DNA of 64,000 nt from Podarcis filfolensis (GCA_964270895.1 OZ185438.1); one strand, 5' to 3'. Counted from the first letter of the stretch, positions 12,111 to 25,036 are shown. Translations and numbers: made by a program. The notes: a model not told the origin generated them from the letters alone.

Positions 12111-12398
12111 GGAGTTTCATTTTTTAGTCTCCCATTTAAAAAGAAAGGAAAATCATAATGGTACCATCTGCAGTCATATATAGAAGGCTTCAGAATAGGA
12201 TTGCGCAGCCCATTGTTCCAATAATTTGGGTTCATTATTTGATGTGTGGGACATCTGTGGACAAGTGTGGCTAAGTTCATCACCCTCTCCCCCAAAAACC
12301 CCCCCATGCCAAACCTGTTGCTTTCAAATTCTCTCATGCATATCCAATGCACATCCCTATCTTAATAACCTTTCTGAATATTCACATCTCTCCACCCT

Positions 12399-12540
12399 GA
12401 GAATCATAGAATTGTAAAATTGAGGGAACACCTTCTAGTGAAGCCCCTTGCAATGCAGGAATCATAGATAAATCATCCCTGACAGACGGCCACCCAATCT
12501 CTGTTTAAAAACCTCCAGAGAAGCAGAGGCCACCATCATA
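12399..12540 (-). mobile_element. CR1 3' terminal fragment
   Basis: agaatcatagaattg... is the reverse complement of the caattctatgattct tail; ctgtttaaaaacctcc matches the 6440-6915 copy in the opposite orientation. Confidence 0.75.
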
Positions 12541-12630
12541 AACTACCCACTTTGTTTCCCTCTCCTAACTCACAACCACACCTCCACTTCCAGCTGCTGT
12601 TCTCACAATTCCTTGCCTAGCTCCATATCC

Positions 12631-12785
12631 CACTGTGGTGGAGTGGTTAGAGCAGTTAGGGAAGGAGCCTAGGTTTTAAATCTCCACTCAGCCATAAAAC
12701 TCAGTGACCTTGGGCCAATCACCTTCCTCTTAGCCTAACCTACCTCACAGAGTTGTTTGAGGATAAAAAGAAGAGGAGGGAAATA
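12631..12785 (+). mobile_element. tRNA/MIR-like squamate SINE
   Basis: gtggtggagtggttagagc head; ctcagccataaaactcagtgaccttgggccaatca...cctacctcacagagttgtt body. Confidence 0.7.
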
Positions 12786-12786
12786 T

Positions 12787-12921
12787 GACCTCCATAGCTC
12801 AGTTGCTTAGAGCATGGTGCTGAAAACGTCAATGTTGCAGGTTCAATCCCCATATGGGGCAGCTGCATATTCCTGCATTGTAGGGGGTTGGACTAGATGA
12901 TCCTCAGGGCCCCTTCCAACT
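12787..12921 (+). mobile_element. SINE with tRNA-Ile-like head and CR1-derived tail
   Basis: tagctcagttgcttagagcatggtgctgaaaacgtcaatgttgcaggttcaatcccc resembles tRNA-Ile(AAT); tail gggggttggactagatgatcctcagggcccttccaact. Confidence 0.85.
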
Positions 12922-14434
12922 ATCCAACTCCTTGGATAAAAGCTGGGTTATAAATGTTGTTGTTACTCTCTTCTCACTCTGACATGGAAATTGCCATCCC
13001 ATTCTGCCTCTACCCAATATATTCCCAGTTCCACCTCTTCTTCCAAGCCAGAATTTTAGCAAAGCCTGCTCCTGGAGCAAAGGAGCTGAATTCTTCCCAT
13101 GTGCGTAGATTTCCACCTTGTTACTTCTACAGAGCAAAAACAATTCCTTGTTCTTTCATCCCCCCCTTTTTAATCTGCAGTTATGAGGGATTTCTTCACA
13201 GCATGCCACATGCCTACCTATGACCCAGCAGTAAAATTGTTTTTTTTTGGGGGGGGGGGGAGAGAATGAGCCATGATCTTGTATGCCAGACCACATCCAG
13301 AGCACGTTGGACAACTGTGGTTTAAAGAAGGGATGGGGTAGGTGGAGACAACCAGCAGGCTTTTAAAACTTACCCTATGATGCCTCTAACAATGTGGTTG
13401 TCTGTAGCCTGCGACCATATGGTTAACCACAGCATGAAAATACAGACACACCTACACAGAAACCACTCAGAAATTCTAAGAAACCAATAAACACTGGGCT
13501 TTGTGTTGTGGGAAGCTGCAGACAATTGCCTCCCCACCTGCAGGCAGGCACTGTGCAGTAAGCTTGCTAACTAAGTAGTTGCCACATGATTCCCAGCCCT
13601 CTGAATCTACCCTGGGTATGAAGCACAAAAGAAATTAGCAGCAAATGTGTGGGAGAAAATGACATCTCCTGTGTACAAAACGATGACCTTGCTTGAAGCT
13701 GGTGCGTGTGATGGAAGGTTTTGAATTTGCCAAGCAAACATTGTAATATTCTCATTTTCTATTTGATTTGTGTGTGGGTTGGATTCATAAACAGCTGCTC
13801 TGTACTATTAAATCTCTAACAGACAGTTGTTACTTGTTCACATCGATCATATTAGAGGATGGGAACATCTCTCGTTATGAACAGTTTGGCTGGGCTTGCG
13901 CCAGGGGCTGTTTGGGGGCCGGCTAACAATGACTTCAACACTTTTCAGATTGCACACTTAGCCATGCTTTCTTTAAAAGTGATGACCTTGAAGTGTCCTT
14001 GAGAGGCAGAAAGCAGCAAAATGGCTGTCACTGCAAATGCAACCAGCTTACGCAATGAAAGCTGAACTGTGTGCCTCAAATGTTTTGTATTCAGGCCATG
14101 TCCTAATCTTGCCTCTTTACTTTCTAGCAACTCTGCTTCCCACATGCTGTCAACCACACCTGGCTACACACTTGGAAGGTGACTGTACCTTGAGATCTTT
14201 GAGTGCAATTCTGTGGATTCCATTGTGCATGAGATCAGGGCAAGGAGAAAGCGATTAAGGCTACTTTAACTGGAGAAGCCTTCTTCCTCCATCCCTTTCA
14301 CTTTTATGCTCTTCTTTAACTCTGAATCCAGGCATTTGCCTGTCTGCTTCTCCCAGCATCAGATTTCACATCTATCATCAGCATCTTCCATGCTTTGGTG
14401 AATCTTCTCCCACCCCTTAGAGCCATTTCCAAAA

Positions 14435-14580
14435 AAGTAGTGATGGGAGGCTATAGTTTGGCACCATGGGAGTTGTCCTGCAGTGTCCCACAGGGTTCCA
14501 TCTTGTTCCCCGTGCTATTTAACACCTATAGTAAGCCTCTGGGAGCTGTCCTCAGGAGACTTGGGGCGCAGCACCCTCAA
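14435..14580 (+). mobile_element. L2 reverse-transcriptase fragment
   Basis: WELSCSVPQGSILFPVLFNTYSKPLGAVLRRLG matches the RT motif PQGS..SP.LFNIY seen at 25497-25620. Confidence 0.8.
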
Positions 14581-17436
14581 AATGCAGCTGCGTTCCATCT
14601 GAATTGGGATATATTATAACTGGGTCCAGGAGATTGGCAGTCTCTGGCATTCAGTACAGAAAACAGGCCCAGAAATGTGACCTATAGCTTGGAGCATTTG
14701 GTAAGTTAGTAATATTCACCATTACCTGGCAAATATCCAAGATCTATCCATTGGTGCATTCTCTATTTTGATATGACAAAATGTGAAAATTGCAGTGAAT
14801 CACATGCACAGTCTAGTTCATTGAGAGCTTGCTGGAGAATCAGGCAATGTCCTGTGAAGCCCATTTCAGTACCTTGGACAACTCCAAGGGAGACCTGCGG
14901 GTTGAATCACTCTGCTCCTAAGTGTTTCAGTGGAAAGCTATTGCCAACCAAAGCCTTATATACACTGTCAAGAGCTTGAGTGTGGGAGGCCCCACCTCCC
15001 CAGAGGAGCTGGGTGGATGATTCGAGGGTCTTCCATTTAGTCTGTAATCTTTGACTTATGCAAGTGTGGTGAGATTAAAGTCCTGCAGAAGACTTGTCCT
15101 CTGGGCCTGAGGACGGTGGCAGTACTGTGTCTCCAAATAAGGTACTGATGTTTCTCTCCCCAAGGAAGGAGCCTCAACTGTGTGTAACTTTGTAAGGTTT
15201 GTAAAGTGATCTAAAGAAACGTACTCTAAAGTAATTGTAGCAGAATCCTCAGACAGTGGGCAGGTACTCAGCTAAAGAGGAACCTTGAAAATGATGCATA
15301 GACAGTCAATAGTAATTACTCTTTCTCTGGGTACCGCAATAAAATAAATTGTCAAAATGTGCCGGATAATGCAGTAGGATCAAGAGAAACCATTTCCAAA
15401 CCCATAATGAACTTGCGAAATTATTTGCCATTGTAGATTTGGTCAAGGTACGTTTGCCACTAGATTAGACTTTTTTAAAAAGAGTTAGACAAATTAATGG
15501 AGGGCCATTATTATCTGTGACATTAAAAAATAGAACTTCCATGTTCAGAGACAGTGTATCCCTGAATGTCTAATGCTTCAGTCAAAGGAACAACAGAGGA
15601 TAGCATTCTTCACACGTTTTCTAGAAGGATTTGGCTAGCTGAAGTCAGAGTGCTGGATCATGTTGGATTTTAATCTGAAGCCACAAAGCAATTCTTTTTT
15701 CTTCTTCTTACGTTCAGGAGGTATAGAGCTAAATTAAAATGGAGGCTTCCAGCTAGTAAAGGATTGTTGTTTCTGTGACTCCACAGAGAGGCGCTCAATA
15801 CTGACCTCTCTCATTAGTGGGGATAAAAGTCATATCACAGGGCTAAGATGCACTGAATGTATTTCCAGCTTCTTTGAGAATATCTGCCTGATCTTAGGAA
15901 GGGGGAGGGTGGAGAAAGATGCCCTTGAGTGAGGAGTTTCATCACAGAGATTAGCCGAAGCTATGAAAGAGGGAGAAGATTAATTTCCAAAATGTATCCT
16001 CACATTACAAGTTTGCTGGCACCAAAACCTCTCCTGCATCTTCTTGGGAACAGCTGCTCCCCTTGTCCTGCCCCCGAAAGGCCCATCTGACGATGCTGTT
16101 AAAACTCACACAGTTTTGACTTTCAGTAGCAACACTGGAATAGCAAGTCCCTTCTGAGGAATCTCAGCAAAGAGCAAGAACTAAAAGTGGATAGAGAGCG
16201 GGAAGAAATAAAACCAGGAGAAGGAATTCCTCTCTCTTTCCTTGTTGGAATTTCAGTATTGCAGAAAGCGCAGTGGGGGGGGGGGTGGACTTCAAATGAT
16301 TCCACAATGAGATTCCCTGCCACAGTTCAGCGTTTGGTCTGTGCTGAAGAAACATGGATTTCTGGGAATGAAAAATGTAGATAGGTGCATATGTGAGTAC
16401 ATAGCTGCAGGCCAGTTGCACTCACAGCCTTGAGTTCAGACAGACCCTCTACACCATAGTCCCCTAAAAGGGCCACAAATAAGCAGAATTTTTGTTCTTG
16501 GTGTTTTACCTGTGCATTCTCTATTGTGGCAAATGCCCTGAACAGCTAGCATATTTTAAAACATTATAATGGGATCTATGGAACAAATAGTACCAGCTAG
16601 ATGCATAAGAGAGAATCAATGGATTCTATAATCCCCAGAGCAGGAATGACTCCAGGAATGCTGTAGAGAAATGTTTGTGAGCCTGTGAGCACCTGTCACT
16701 ATCAACTTTTGGGGGGATGGGATGGGGTTCAGGGATGTGCAAAACTTATCCTTTTATTTCATCAGCAACTTTTACCTTCCTGACCACTGACATTGTGTGT
16801 TAGAGACGCTTTTCTGGAAAAATAGATATATGGTTTTCACACAAGGTAAATCTAAACAATGAGCACCACACACAAACTATTATCTGCAACTGGCTTGATT
16901 TCATATTGCGTTCCCCATTCAAAAGTACAGATATCTCTCTAAAATATATAATGCAGATCTGGACGATTGTTGTACATGAGATTTAGAGATCTGCCCTAAC
17001 TGAACATCATTTTCTAGTCTATCATTCTAGCCCAGCTGATAAGGGAGTGATGTGAGTCCACAAGAAATATTTTATGTTCTGGAGCTTTGTCCTTTATTCA
17101 GTTTCTTAGAAACTTATTTCATTCTTTGAAACGGATGCTCAGAATGTAGTAGAAACTTGTGAGCTCAAAAGTGTGGCTTTGTGTTCTAGACGGATGACAC
17201 CAGCTCTGCCTTGTAATCAACTTATCGGACAGGTAACCTGCCCTATAGGTATGGCCCGATAACAGCCTCTTTCTTTTTTGGTGGAAACCACAACAGTATT
17301 TCAAATTCCCAAATGTGCCCTCAAATCCCAAAAGACTGTCAATACTTAAACAACTATATCCACTCCAATTCCACCTGAAGCCACCTTCTCTCATAACATC
17401 TTTTGTCAGTCATGTTCCAATTGTTGCTCACATATT

Positions 17437-17679
17437 CAGTGGTGGAGTGTCATGCTCCAGCACCGGGGGGAGGAGAGCAGGCAGGGGCGGGGTTGGTGTG
17501 AGTCCCGGGGGCGGGGCGCACCACCTGCAGGGGCAGGGCATGTGTTCTGGGGGCGTGACACGCTGCCTGTGGGGGCGTGGCTCCCAGCGCGGGCAGGGGG
17601 GCAGCCGCGATGGCACCCCACCGGGATTGCGCTGCCGGGGGCGGTGCACTCCCCCTGCACTCCTCTTCCTCCACCAGTG
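17437..17679. mobile_element. GC-rich hAT-type MITE
   Basis: TIR cagtggtggag / ctccaccagtg (10/11). Perfect 8-bp TSD cacatatt at 17429-17436 and 17680-17687. Confidence 0.9.
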
Positions 17680-17985
17680 CACATATTCATTCCACTGCTG
17701 CCTTTTTGCCTACCCCAAGACATTTCCCCAACGCCAGTCAGAGCTGCCACCTCTCCACTTTGTGCCATTTCTTTTCCACCCTGTTGCTGCTTCCCTTGCT
17801 AGTACAGCTGTCACAAATATAGCCAGCTGCCCACAATATGCCCCGTGTTTCCTGGGATATGTTATGTATGAGGGCTTTCCCCAGAAAAAATCTGCTGTTT
17901 ACCACTGAATTGCAATAAATGACAATCAAGCTTTCTGTGTTAACAGAGGGTTTTGATTTTGGTGCAGAATCATTGCATAGTGAAT

Positions 17986-18140
17986 AGAAATCATTGAATC
18001 ACAGAACTGTAGAGTTGGAAGGAACCACAAGGACCACCTAGTCCAACTCCCTGCAGTGTGGGAATCTTGGGGCTCGAACGTGGGGCTCAAACCCACAACC
18101 CTAAGGTTAAGAGTCTTGTGCTTTACCAACTGAGCTACCT
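17986..18140 (-). mobile_element. SINE with tRNA-Lys(CTT)-like head and CR1-derived tail
   Basis: Minus strand reads tagctcagttggtaaagcacaagactcttaaccttagggttgtgggtttgagccccacg...ggactagg...ccttccaactctacagttctgtgattc. Confidence 0.85.
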
Positions 18141-18912
18141 ATCATGGGCAAGGATCACAGTTCAAGGACCAGGTAGACAAAGGTTGTTGAAGTCACATAC
18201 TGTGCATTCTTTCTAACATGCCAAAGAAAACTGTGCTGATCTGCCTCTGCTTTGCCCTGCACTTTTTCTGCTATTCTATCTCTAGCTGCCTTGCACAGAC
18301 TCCCTTCGGTCCTAACCTGCCCATTCAGTCCTTGCCGAGTTGTTTCCCTTCCACGCCTGCTGTGTTTGCTGCTTGCTGTTCCAAGCCCAGGCACCCTGCT
18401 GAGCAGAGAATGCCGGGTTGGAGAGGTTTCACAGGCTTACAAGTAGTTTGATTATAGGTGGTTTTTGCAATTTGTGAAAATGTAGGGCAGCTTCAAATTG
18501 GGTCTCAGGCGCTTGCAGGTGGCATGTTTACCTTGTGGTGGCAGCACTTTTCTTTCAGCGAGCCTGCTCTCTCTGCAGCATTGGCCCAGTTTACTACTTT
18601 AGCCCATGCCAATATGAATGTTAGGAAATGGGTGGAATGAGCCCCATTAAAAAGCAGCCGTAAACCATGGAATCTGCAAGCGTGTTACCTGAAATGACAG
18701 TTGTATTAGACTTGTTCACACACTATAGTGAACACAAGTGCGAGCTGTCTCTAGACATGTACGACTGCTTGTGTGAATGAGTGTACACGGGGTGATTTGT
18801 GCAGCTCAGCTGTTTGTGTGCACAGGTACACAGGCTGAACACTCACTGAAAATAACACAGGTTCAGCCAAACCCCACAGGTGTAAATTCCCTGGACATCT
18901 ACATAATAAAAG

Positions 18913-19156
18913 TGTTATGTATTGAAGTTCTCACCCTGGCCACCAGGAGTATCGTGTATATAGTTTTCACTCAGGTCCATGCCATTTACTTTAGGTGGGA
19001 AACCCTGGGTTGTTGTTGCTGCAATGTTGACAGCTGGCTGCCTATAAAAGCAGGCCGACTGAGCTGTTTGCTGTTCAGTTCTGTTCCAGCTTACAAATAA
19101 AGAGCTGCTTTGGAGAAATCGCTGTGTCGTCCGCTATGTCTACTCACTATTTAACA
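18913..19156 (+). mobile_element. Solo LTR (Gypsy/ERV-type), 244 bp
   Basis: Starts TGTTA and ends TAACA. 5-bp TSD aaaag at 18908-18912 and 19157-19161. Internal tataaaa followed by aataaa on +. Confidence 0.8.
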
Positions 19157-19246
19157 AAAAGTACATACAACTCCACCTTCACTATGATTTGTACTGGAAT
19201 AGTAGCAGATTCTTGGGCATTGGTGTTGGTTTTTTCCACTCTACAT

Positions 19247-19363
19247 CAGGGCTGGAGAACCAGGTCTTGTTCTTCCATCAGCCTGACCCAGCATGGCCAG
19301 TGGTCAGAGATAATGAGACCTGGAGTCCTACAAATCCAGATGGCCACAGGATGCCTAACCCAG
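19247..19363. mobile_element. Degenerate hAT-like MITE (related to 2821-2956)
   Basis: 8-bp TSD ctctacat / ctctagat (7/8) and residual internal palindrome. Further decayed relatives near 21955-22040, 31030-31150 and 61950-62070. Confidence 0.6.
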
Positions 19364-22293
19364 CTCTAGATTCACCCCTAATGTGTACACACCTGGTCTC
19401 ATACTATCAGTGAACATGAAATGAATAGTTTATTATATTTATGAAGTGGGAGAGTGAGCCATATATTGTGGAAAGCTCACATGGCTGTAGGGAAGGAAGA
19501 AAAAAACAATAATTTTTTTAAAACAATATTTCATACAGAGATCAGGAGCTGGAGATAGCAGCTACTAAAGAGATGAGTAGGCAGAGTAGCTCTGGGTCAA
19601 AGGAAGCTTGAGAGGATTGAGCAAAACCTGAGATTTTAATGAAAGCAGGGGGTTTATGATTTTGTTGGGAATGGGTGCAAATAGTAAGGAAGGCCTTCGT
19701 TGAACACATTGATTCAAAATAACCAACCCTTTCATTTACCTGCAGGTTTGTGGTAATCAATGGTTTCATACGAGACTGATTCACTCATTAGAACCTGAAC
19801 GCACCTTTCCAGTATGTGATGCTGATCTTCATTCTCATCATTCTGTGCATCATTCCGAAGCTATAAGAGAATGGCCCACGGCAAATTGTGCCACATAGGG
19901 AAAGAGGATTTTTTAAATCTATCTAATGATGCACTAACTGCAATGCTACAAAAAGTTTACAACATGAACAGAAAACATGTCCCCCCCAATCTTGATTACA
20001 CCATTAAACTAATGCCATGTGAGTGTTTAATTTTTTGTTAACCTTTGAGTCTTCATTATCTTCTTAAGTAGCTAGCTTTGTCCACAATTTATTATAAATG
20101 TATGGAATCTAGACTCAAATTATAGATCAACTGACAGCTACACAGAAAACAATTAACATTTGGCAATGGCTGCATCAATAAAACTGTTTCAGCTTTTGCC
20201 AGCTCCCTGTCTCTCTCTCCCATCCCATCTCCCCTTTAGGTTTCTCACTTCTGTCTTTCTACAACAGGGGCCGTGTAGATGTTGGTCTTATTGTTCCTTG
20301 TTTTGCTGGGAGAATGTGCAGTGGTTACTTATAAGTCACAGGACTTTTCCCTTGGTAGCATCACTGTTCAACATAAACAGTTGTTTCCCAGCACACAGGG
20401 CTGCCATTTTGAAGAGCACTGTAATCTCTCCTTCGAATTCTCAAGGTTTTTTCTCTCTCTCTGAGAAGTAACTTTTCATTCTCTTGCCTCATTTTCTAGG
20501 AACACAAGATTATTTAGAATGTCCGTAGTTGTGGCGCTTTGAGCTGACACTATGGCTGTGCAGCAGCCAAGGCTGGTGTATGAGTTTCCTTCCAGTAAAT
20601 GTTTATCCAGCCTTCTGGAAGCCTCCCTGGCTGCTTGAGGTTCCTTATTCTGAAAGGTTCCAGGGGAGGAGGCCTCATGAGGTCTCCCTCTGGGCTGTAT
20701 GTAGGTGAAGAATGAACATGACTGCAGAGTGCAGACCATGAGTGAGTGTATTTGTAGAATAAAAGTACATTCAGGAACCACCTGAAAATAAAATAAGCAC
20801 ACACACACACACAGAGAGAGATAACCTTTATACCTGCCCCATAGGAATTCAACAGAAATTTTCTTCTCCCTTCAATACTTTAATTTACTGAGTTTGGCTG
20901 ATGGAGAATAGTCGGGTAAAATCCATAGGATATATTTCTGGCAGAGAAACATATTCCTGAATTTCTGAATTCCTGAATTTCCTCATCCACTCCAAACAGA
21001 CAGAATTTATAGTAATATCATTAGATCCACTTTTATTTTGGGGGCAAGGCCCTCCAACAATGTTCCTCCAATCAAATGCAGTCTTACTATGTGCTTCCTA
21101 CCTTCACAAATCAACAACAACCCTACAAGGCTCTTCCATCTCAGTTGTAACCTTACTCCTCTGTAACCTTCTTCTCTCTCTCTCTTTTTAAAATTTCCTC
21201 TCCTGCAGATATCACGTTTTTCTCACTGTGGTAGTAGTGGCTACTTACACTAAAGATAATGATTACTAGGCTTTGACACCTATTGATGCGTAGACTTCCT
21301 AGGTTTCAGCTTTGTCTAGCTACACTATGTCATTAGCTGTGACTAACTCCAACCAGTGGAAGTTTAGGTGTGCGTTTCGTTACCCAGAATCTCGTTGGTT
21401 TCAGTGAGATTTTAGCTTTCCCACTACAGTGTTTTTCAGTGTATTCAGACTAGATTCTTTCCTCCATCATTTCCATTTACGTCCCAGGTTCAGATTAGAA
21501 CAACATTCCACAGCCCTTCCCTAGTTCATTCATTTAGCTGTGTCTATGCTGATTGAAGTACTTTATTATGCTTTAAATGCCTACAGATATTCTGCTCTGC
21601 CAAACCTCTTTTCATTCTCCTTTCAAGTGTAATAAATGAAAGCTGTCCCAAGCACCATGTTTTCTTTTACTTTGTTACCAAGATGGGACTCATCTGCGGC
21701 AAGTTGTCGCTCACTTGGGATTCAGTGCTACAGAAATATTCTTCCCCAGACTCCTCCTATCTATGTATAACACAGATTTGTCTGATCTATCTGCCAGATG
21801 TGTCCAACACATAATGTTAGAAAAACAAGCCAACAACCTCAAGTACTGATGAAAATATGGAAGCGTCTATAAAGCATTCCTTAGTAAAGGACACAGTTAT
21901 GCCAACTGACGTGATAACAAATATCCCATCTAGCTTGGCCTTCCAGCCCTTCCAGCAGGGACAGGAAACTTTTGGTCCTCCAGATGTTACTCCAGATGAG
22001 GGCTGTATTGCAACAACATCTGGAGGACCAAAGGTTCCCCACCCATGCCCAACAATGACCAAGACTGAGCGTGACCAAGACTGTGATGTAAATTGGAGAA
22101 GAGCAACTAGCCAGCAAGCTAGGTGAGAAAATAAAGAGAGAAACCTACTGCAAGAGGCTCATGCTTAAAAACCTGATGACAATAGCATGACTGGTATGTA
22201 AAAGTGAATAATGAGAGAGAAGCTCTTGCTCAGTGGGACAAAGAACAGTTGTCGTTCAAGATGAACACAATTTAACTGATCTCTTGAAGTAAT

Positions 22294-22515
22294 AGATAGG
22301 TAGCCGTGTTGGTCTGCCATAGTCAAAACAAAAAAAAAATTTTTTTCTTTCCAGTAGCACCTTAAAGACCAACTAAGTTAGTTCTTGGTATGAGCTTTCG
22401 TGTGCATGCACACTTCGTCAGATACACGAAGTGTGCATGCACACGAAAGCTCATACCAAGAACTAACTTAGTTGGTCTTTAAGGTGCTACTGGAAAGAAA
22501 AAAAATTTTTTTTTG
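22294..22515 (-). mobile_element. Penelope-like retroelement 3' remnant with 5' inversion (fold-back hairpin)
   Basis: 12-bp TSD tcttgaagtaat at 22282-22293 and 22516-22527. 72-bp perfect inverted repeat 22347-22418 / 22426-22497. The hammerhead motif and the 3' end ggcagaccaacacggctacctatct support the PLE call from my knowledge of reptile PLE termini. Confidence 0.8.
22388..22425 (-). ncRNA. Minimal type I hammerhead ribozyme motif
   Basis: Minus strand GUAU-CUGACGA-A-GUGUG(CAUG)CACAC-GAAA-GC-UC^AUAC. Conserved core is complete, stem I GUAU/AUAC, 5-bp stem II, stem III reduced to the palindrome AGCU. Confidence 0.75.
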
Positions 22516-23259
22516 TCTTGAAGTAATGTTAGAGCTGTTTCAAGAGCTCTAGAGCAGTTGATTTCTCTGGGATTCGCATTCTGTTGGGGGATACCTATAA
22601 ATTATATCCTAAAATAGAAGAAATGTAGTAAACTTATAGAGGCATCATTTCATCACTGTGTTAATCCAGCTGTAGTTCAGTAGTAAATCAGACATAGTGG
22701 TGTAAAACTGTGTGACATTTATAGACCTGAACAACTATTAAACTTACTTCTGCAATCTTTGAGTTAAAATTATGCTACTATTAGAGTGCTATAGTAGCTT
22801 AAAAAACCTGCAATAACTCCCAAGTATGATTTCTTTAGTCCTATTGTATGGGAATGATTCTTCTTCTCTGTTAGTATATTGCTGCTTTATTGCAATAGCT
22901 TATTGCTTTTATTAACATCAGCTTTCCATAGACTTACCAGTTCATTAAGAGACCTGGGCTTCTGTCCTATAAAAGGAATCGGGGGGCTTACAAAATGATC
23001 TCAATCTGAATTTCTCCTTAGATTTTGATGCTCCAAATTTATGCATTTATTTAGTATATTTATGAATCACTTCCCATAAAAGACCCCAATGTGATTCAAG
23101 CCCAGTACAGATACAGACTGCCTCCTCACTGCCTCTGATCTAGTGTAGAAGCCCTTCTCTATGTCATTGATAGATGGGGATGAGATTATTCACACATTCA
23201 GCTGCACCTGTGGACAAGGAGTCTGTACACATGTTCAGTTGTTTGTGTGAATGCCTGTA

Positions 23260-23621
23260 AAAAGGTAAAGGTACCCCTGCCCGTATGGGCCAGTCGTGTC
23301 CGACTCTAGGGCTGTGCGCCCATCTCACTTAAGAGGCCGGGGGCCAGCGCTGTCCGCAGACACTTCCGGGTCATGTGGCCAGCGTGACAAGCTGCATCTG
23401 GCGAGCCAGCGCAGCACACGGAAACACCATTTACCTTCCCGCTAGTAAGCGGTCCCTATTTATCTACTTGCACCCGGGGGTGCTTTCGAACTGCTAGGTT
23501 GGCAGGCGCTGGGACCGAGCAACGGGAGCGCACCCCGCTGCGGGGATTCGAACCGCCGACCTGATGATCAGCAAGTCCTAGACGCTGAGGTTTTACCCAC
23601 AGCGCCACCCGCGTCCCAGTT
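23260..23621 (-). mobile_element. Full-length Sauria-type SINE
   Basis: Head gggacgcgggtggcgctgtgggtaaaacc...ggcggttcgaatcccc; tail gagtcggacacgactgg...gtacctttaccttttt. Perfect 10-bp TSD aatgcctgta at 23250-23259 and 23622-23631. Confidence 0.95.
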
Positions 23622-25033
23622 AATGCCTGTACATGTGGTGAATTGAAAAGTGGCCATAGACTAAACTCTGCAAAAAATAGGAAGTGGAGATTGGGTGTAC
23701 AGCTGCACATGCTATACATATATGTCCCTGTGTATGATTGTGTGGGGTGCTCTAGAGGTAATTTGCTTTGTGTGTAAATATGTGACCGTAGCAAAAGATC
23801 AGCACATACTATAAGAGGTTGCTCTCAAGTCCTTGAAGATGACTCAGCAGATCGCCCTTGTGCTATTTGGCCTTGCTATCTTTTCACGCTTTTCAGGAAA
23901 ATGATTTAAGAGGGAACACACATACCGTGGCAGAGGAATGTTTCACGGTTGAAAGGTTAATTTTTGATTTGATTTGTTTCAGAAGTATTGGAGATTTGAG
24001 GGGGAAAGACTGACTAGGTGAGGGATTAGAGGGTCTCCAGATCTCCGAAGAGAATGATTACTAAGATGGATACTTATACGCAAGAAAAATGGTGTGGGCT
24101 CCTCCTGAAAAATTTATCTGTTTGATTTTCTTGTAATCTTCCTGCTTCAGCATCATTCTGCAATCCATCTGCTCCAGCCACTATACACCTCAATCTGTAA
24201 CCCCCTTTCCTCCCACTTTCATTATTGCACCTTAATAAGGGGAAATATTCAGGATAGATGTGAGGGGAGGGCTGAGAGAGAATGGATAAAAACTGGATGC
24301 AGAATCCTCTGTGCTGAATGTTAACTTGCAGGGAAGGGACTCAACAACCTTGAAAGAGAACAACCCCCAATTTAAATTCATTACATTTAAATTAAATTTA
24401 AAGTCGATGTAAATGATTGACTTAGTTAAGGATATTCAGGATGGAGGGAGAGCACAAGAGTGTTGTGTAATGCAAGCAGAGGCAATGCATAGGCAACACT
24501 TTTTTTTTTTTGCCCTGAAACTTGGTTTGAAGCACATACCAGAATACTTGCTTGAAGTTTGTGATTAGGGTCTATTGAAACATGACATTATGGTTGATCA
24601 TAATGTTTAACTATCAGATTGTTAACTAGCATATATATATATATAAAGTGTGGCCACAATCTATGAAGAATACCATTAAATGAATAAGTTCTGCACCTGA
24701 AATGATCCCATTTATAGATCATTGTCCCACCGGAAGGGACTGGAAAGTTGGAACTGAAGGGTGGACTAAAAATCTTCCAAAGGAAGAAATAAATATAAAT
24801 AAACCCTAGATTAGGCTGATATCCAAATAATGTATGCATAAGGCATCCACTGAATCAATAATCAGGTTTGTTACTCACTGGAACTCACTGGAACTCAGTT
24901 CCAGTACAAGGGAGGCATTCATGGTGAGTTCTGGCACCTCTTTTTCTAGAAAAATAGTACTGGTGATGGGTAAAGTGTCAGACCTATTATATGGCATAAA
25001 ATTGCTTTACTCTAGATCTTCCAAGCATGTAAG

Positions 25034-25036
<3 letters not shown>

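Noticed and set aside
17315-17908. Cluster of long ORFs (up to 197 aa)
   Set aside because: The stop-poor GC-rich hAT MITE at 17437-17679, with a perfect TSD, explains them.
19812-19865. Tail-anchor-like peptide YVMLIFILIILCIIPKL* after ttccag
   Set aside because: It is short, derives from a TCAT/TCTT-rich stretch, has no matching upstream exons, and matches no VAMP, ferlin or regulin sequence I know.
24870-24962. Direct repeats actcactgga and a strong donor ATG|GTGAGT
   Set aside because: It appears to be a remnant of a MITE end (tttttctagaaaaatagtactg), so the repeats are not CRISPR-like and the donor is probably repeat-derived.
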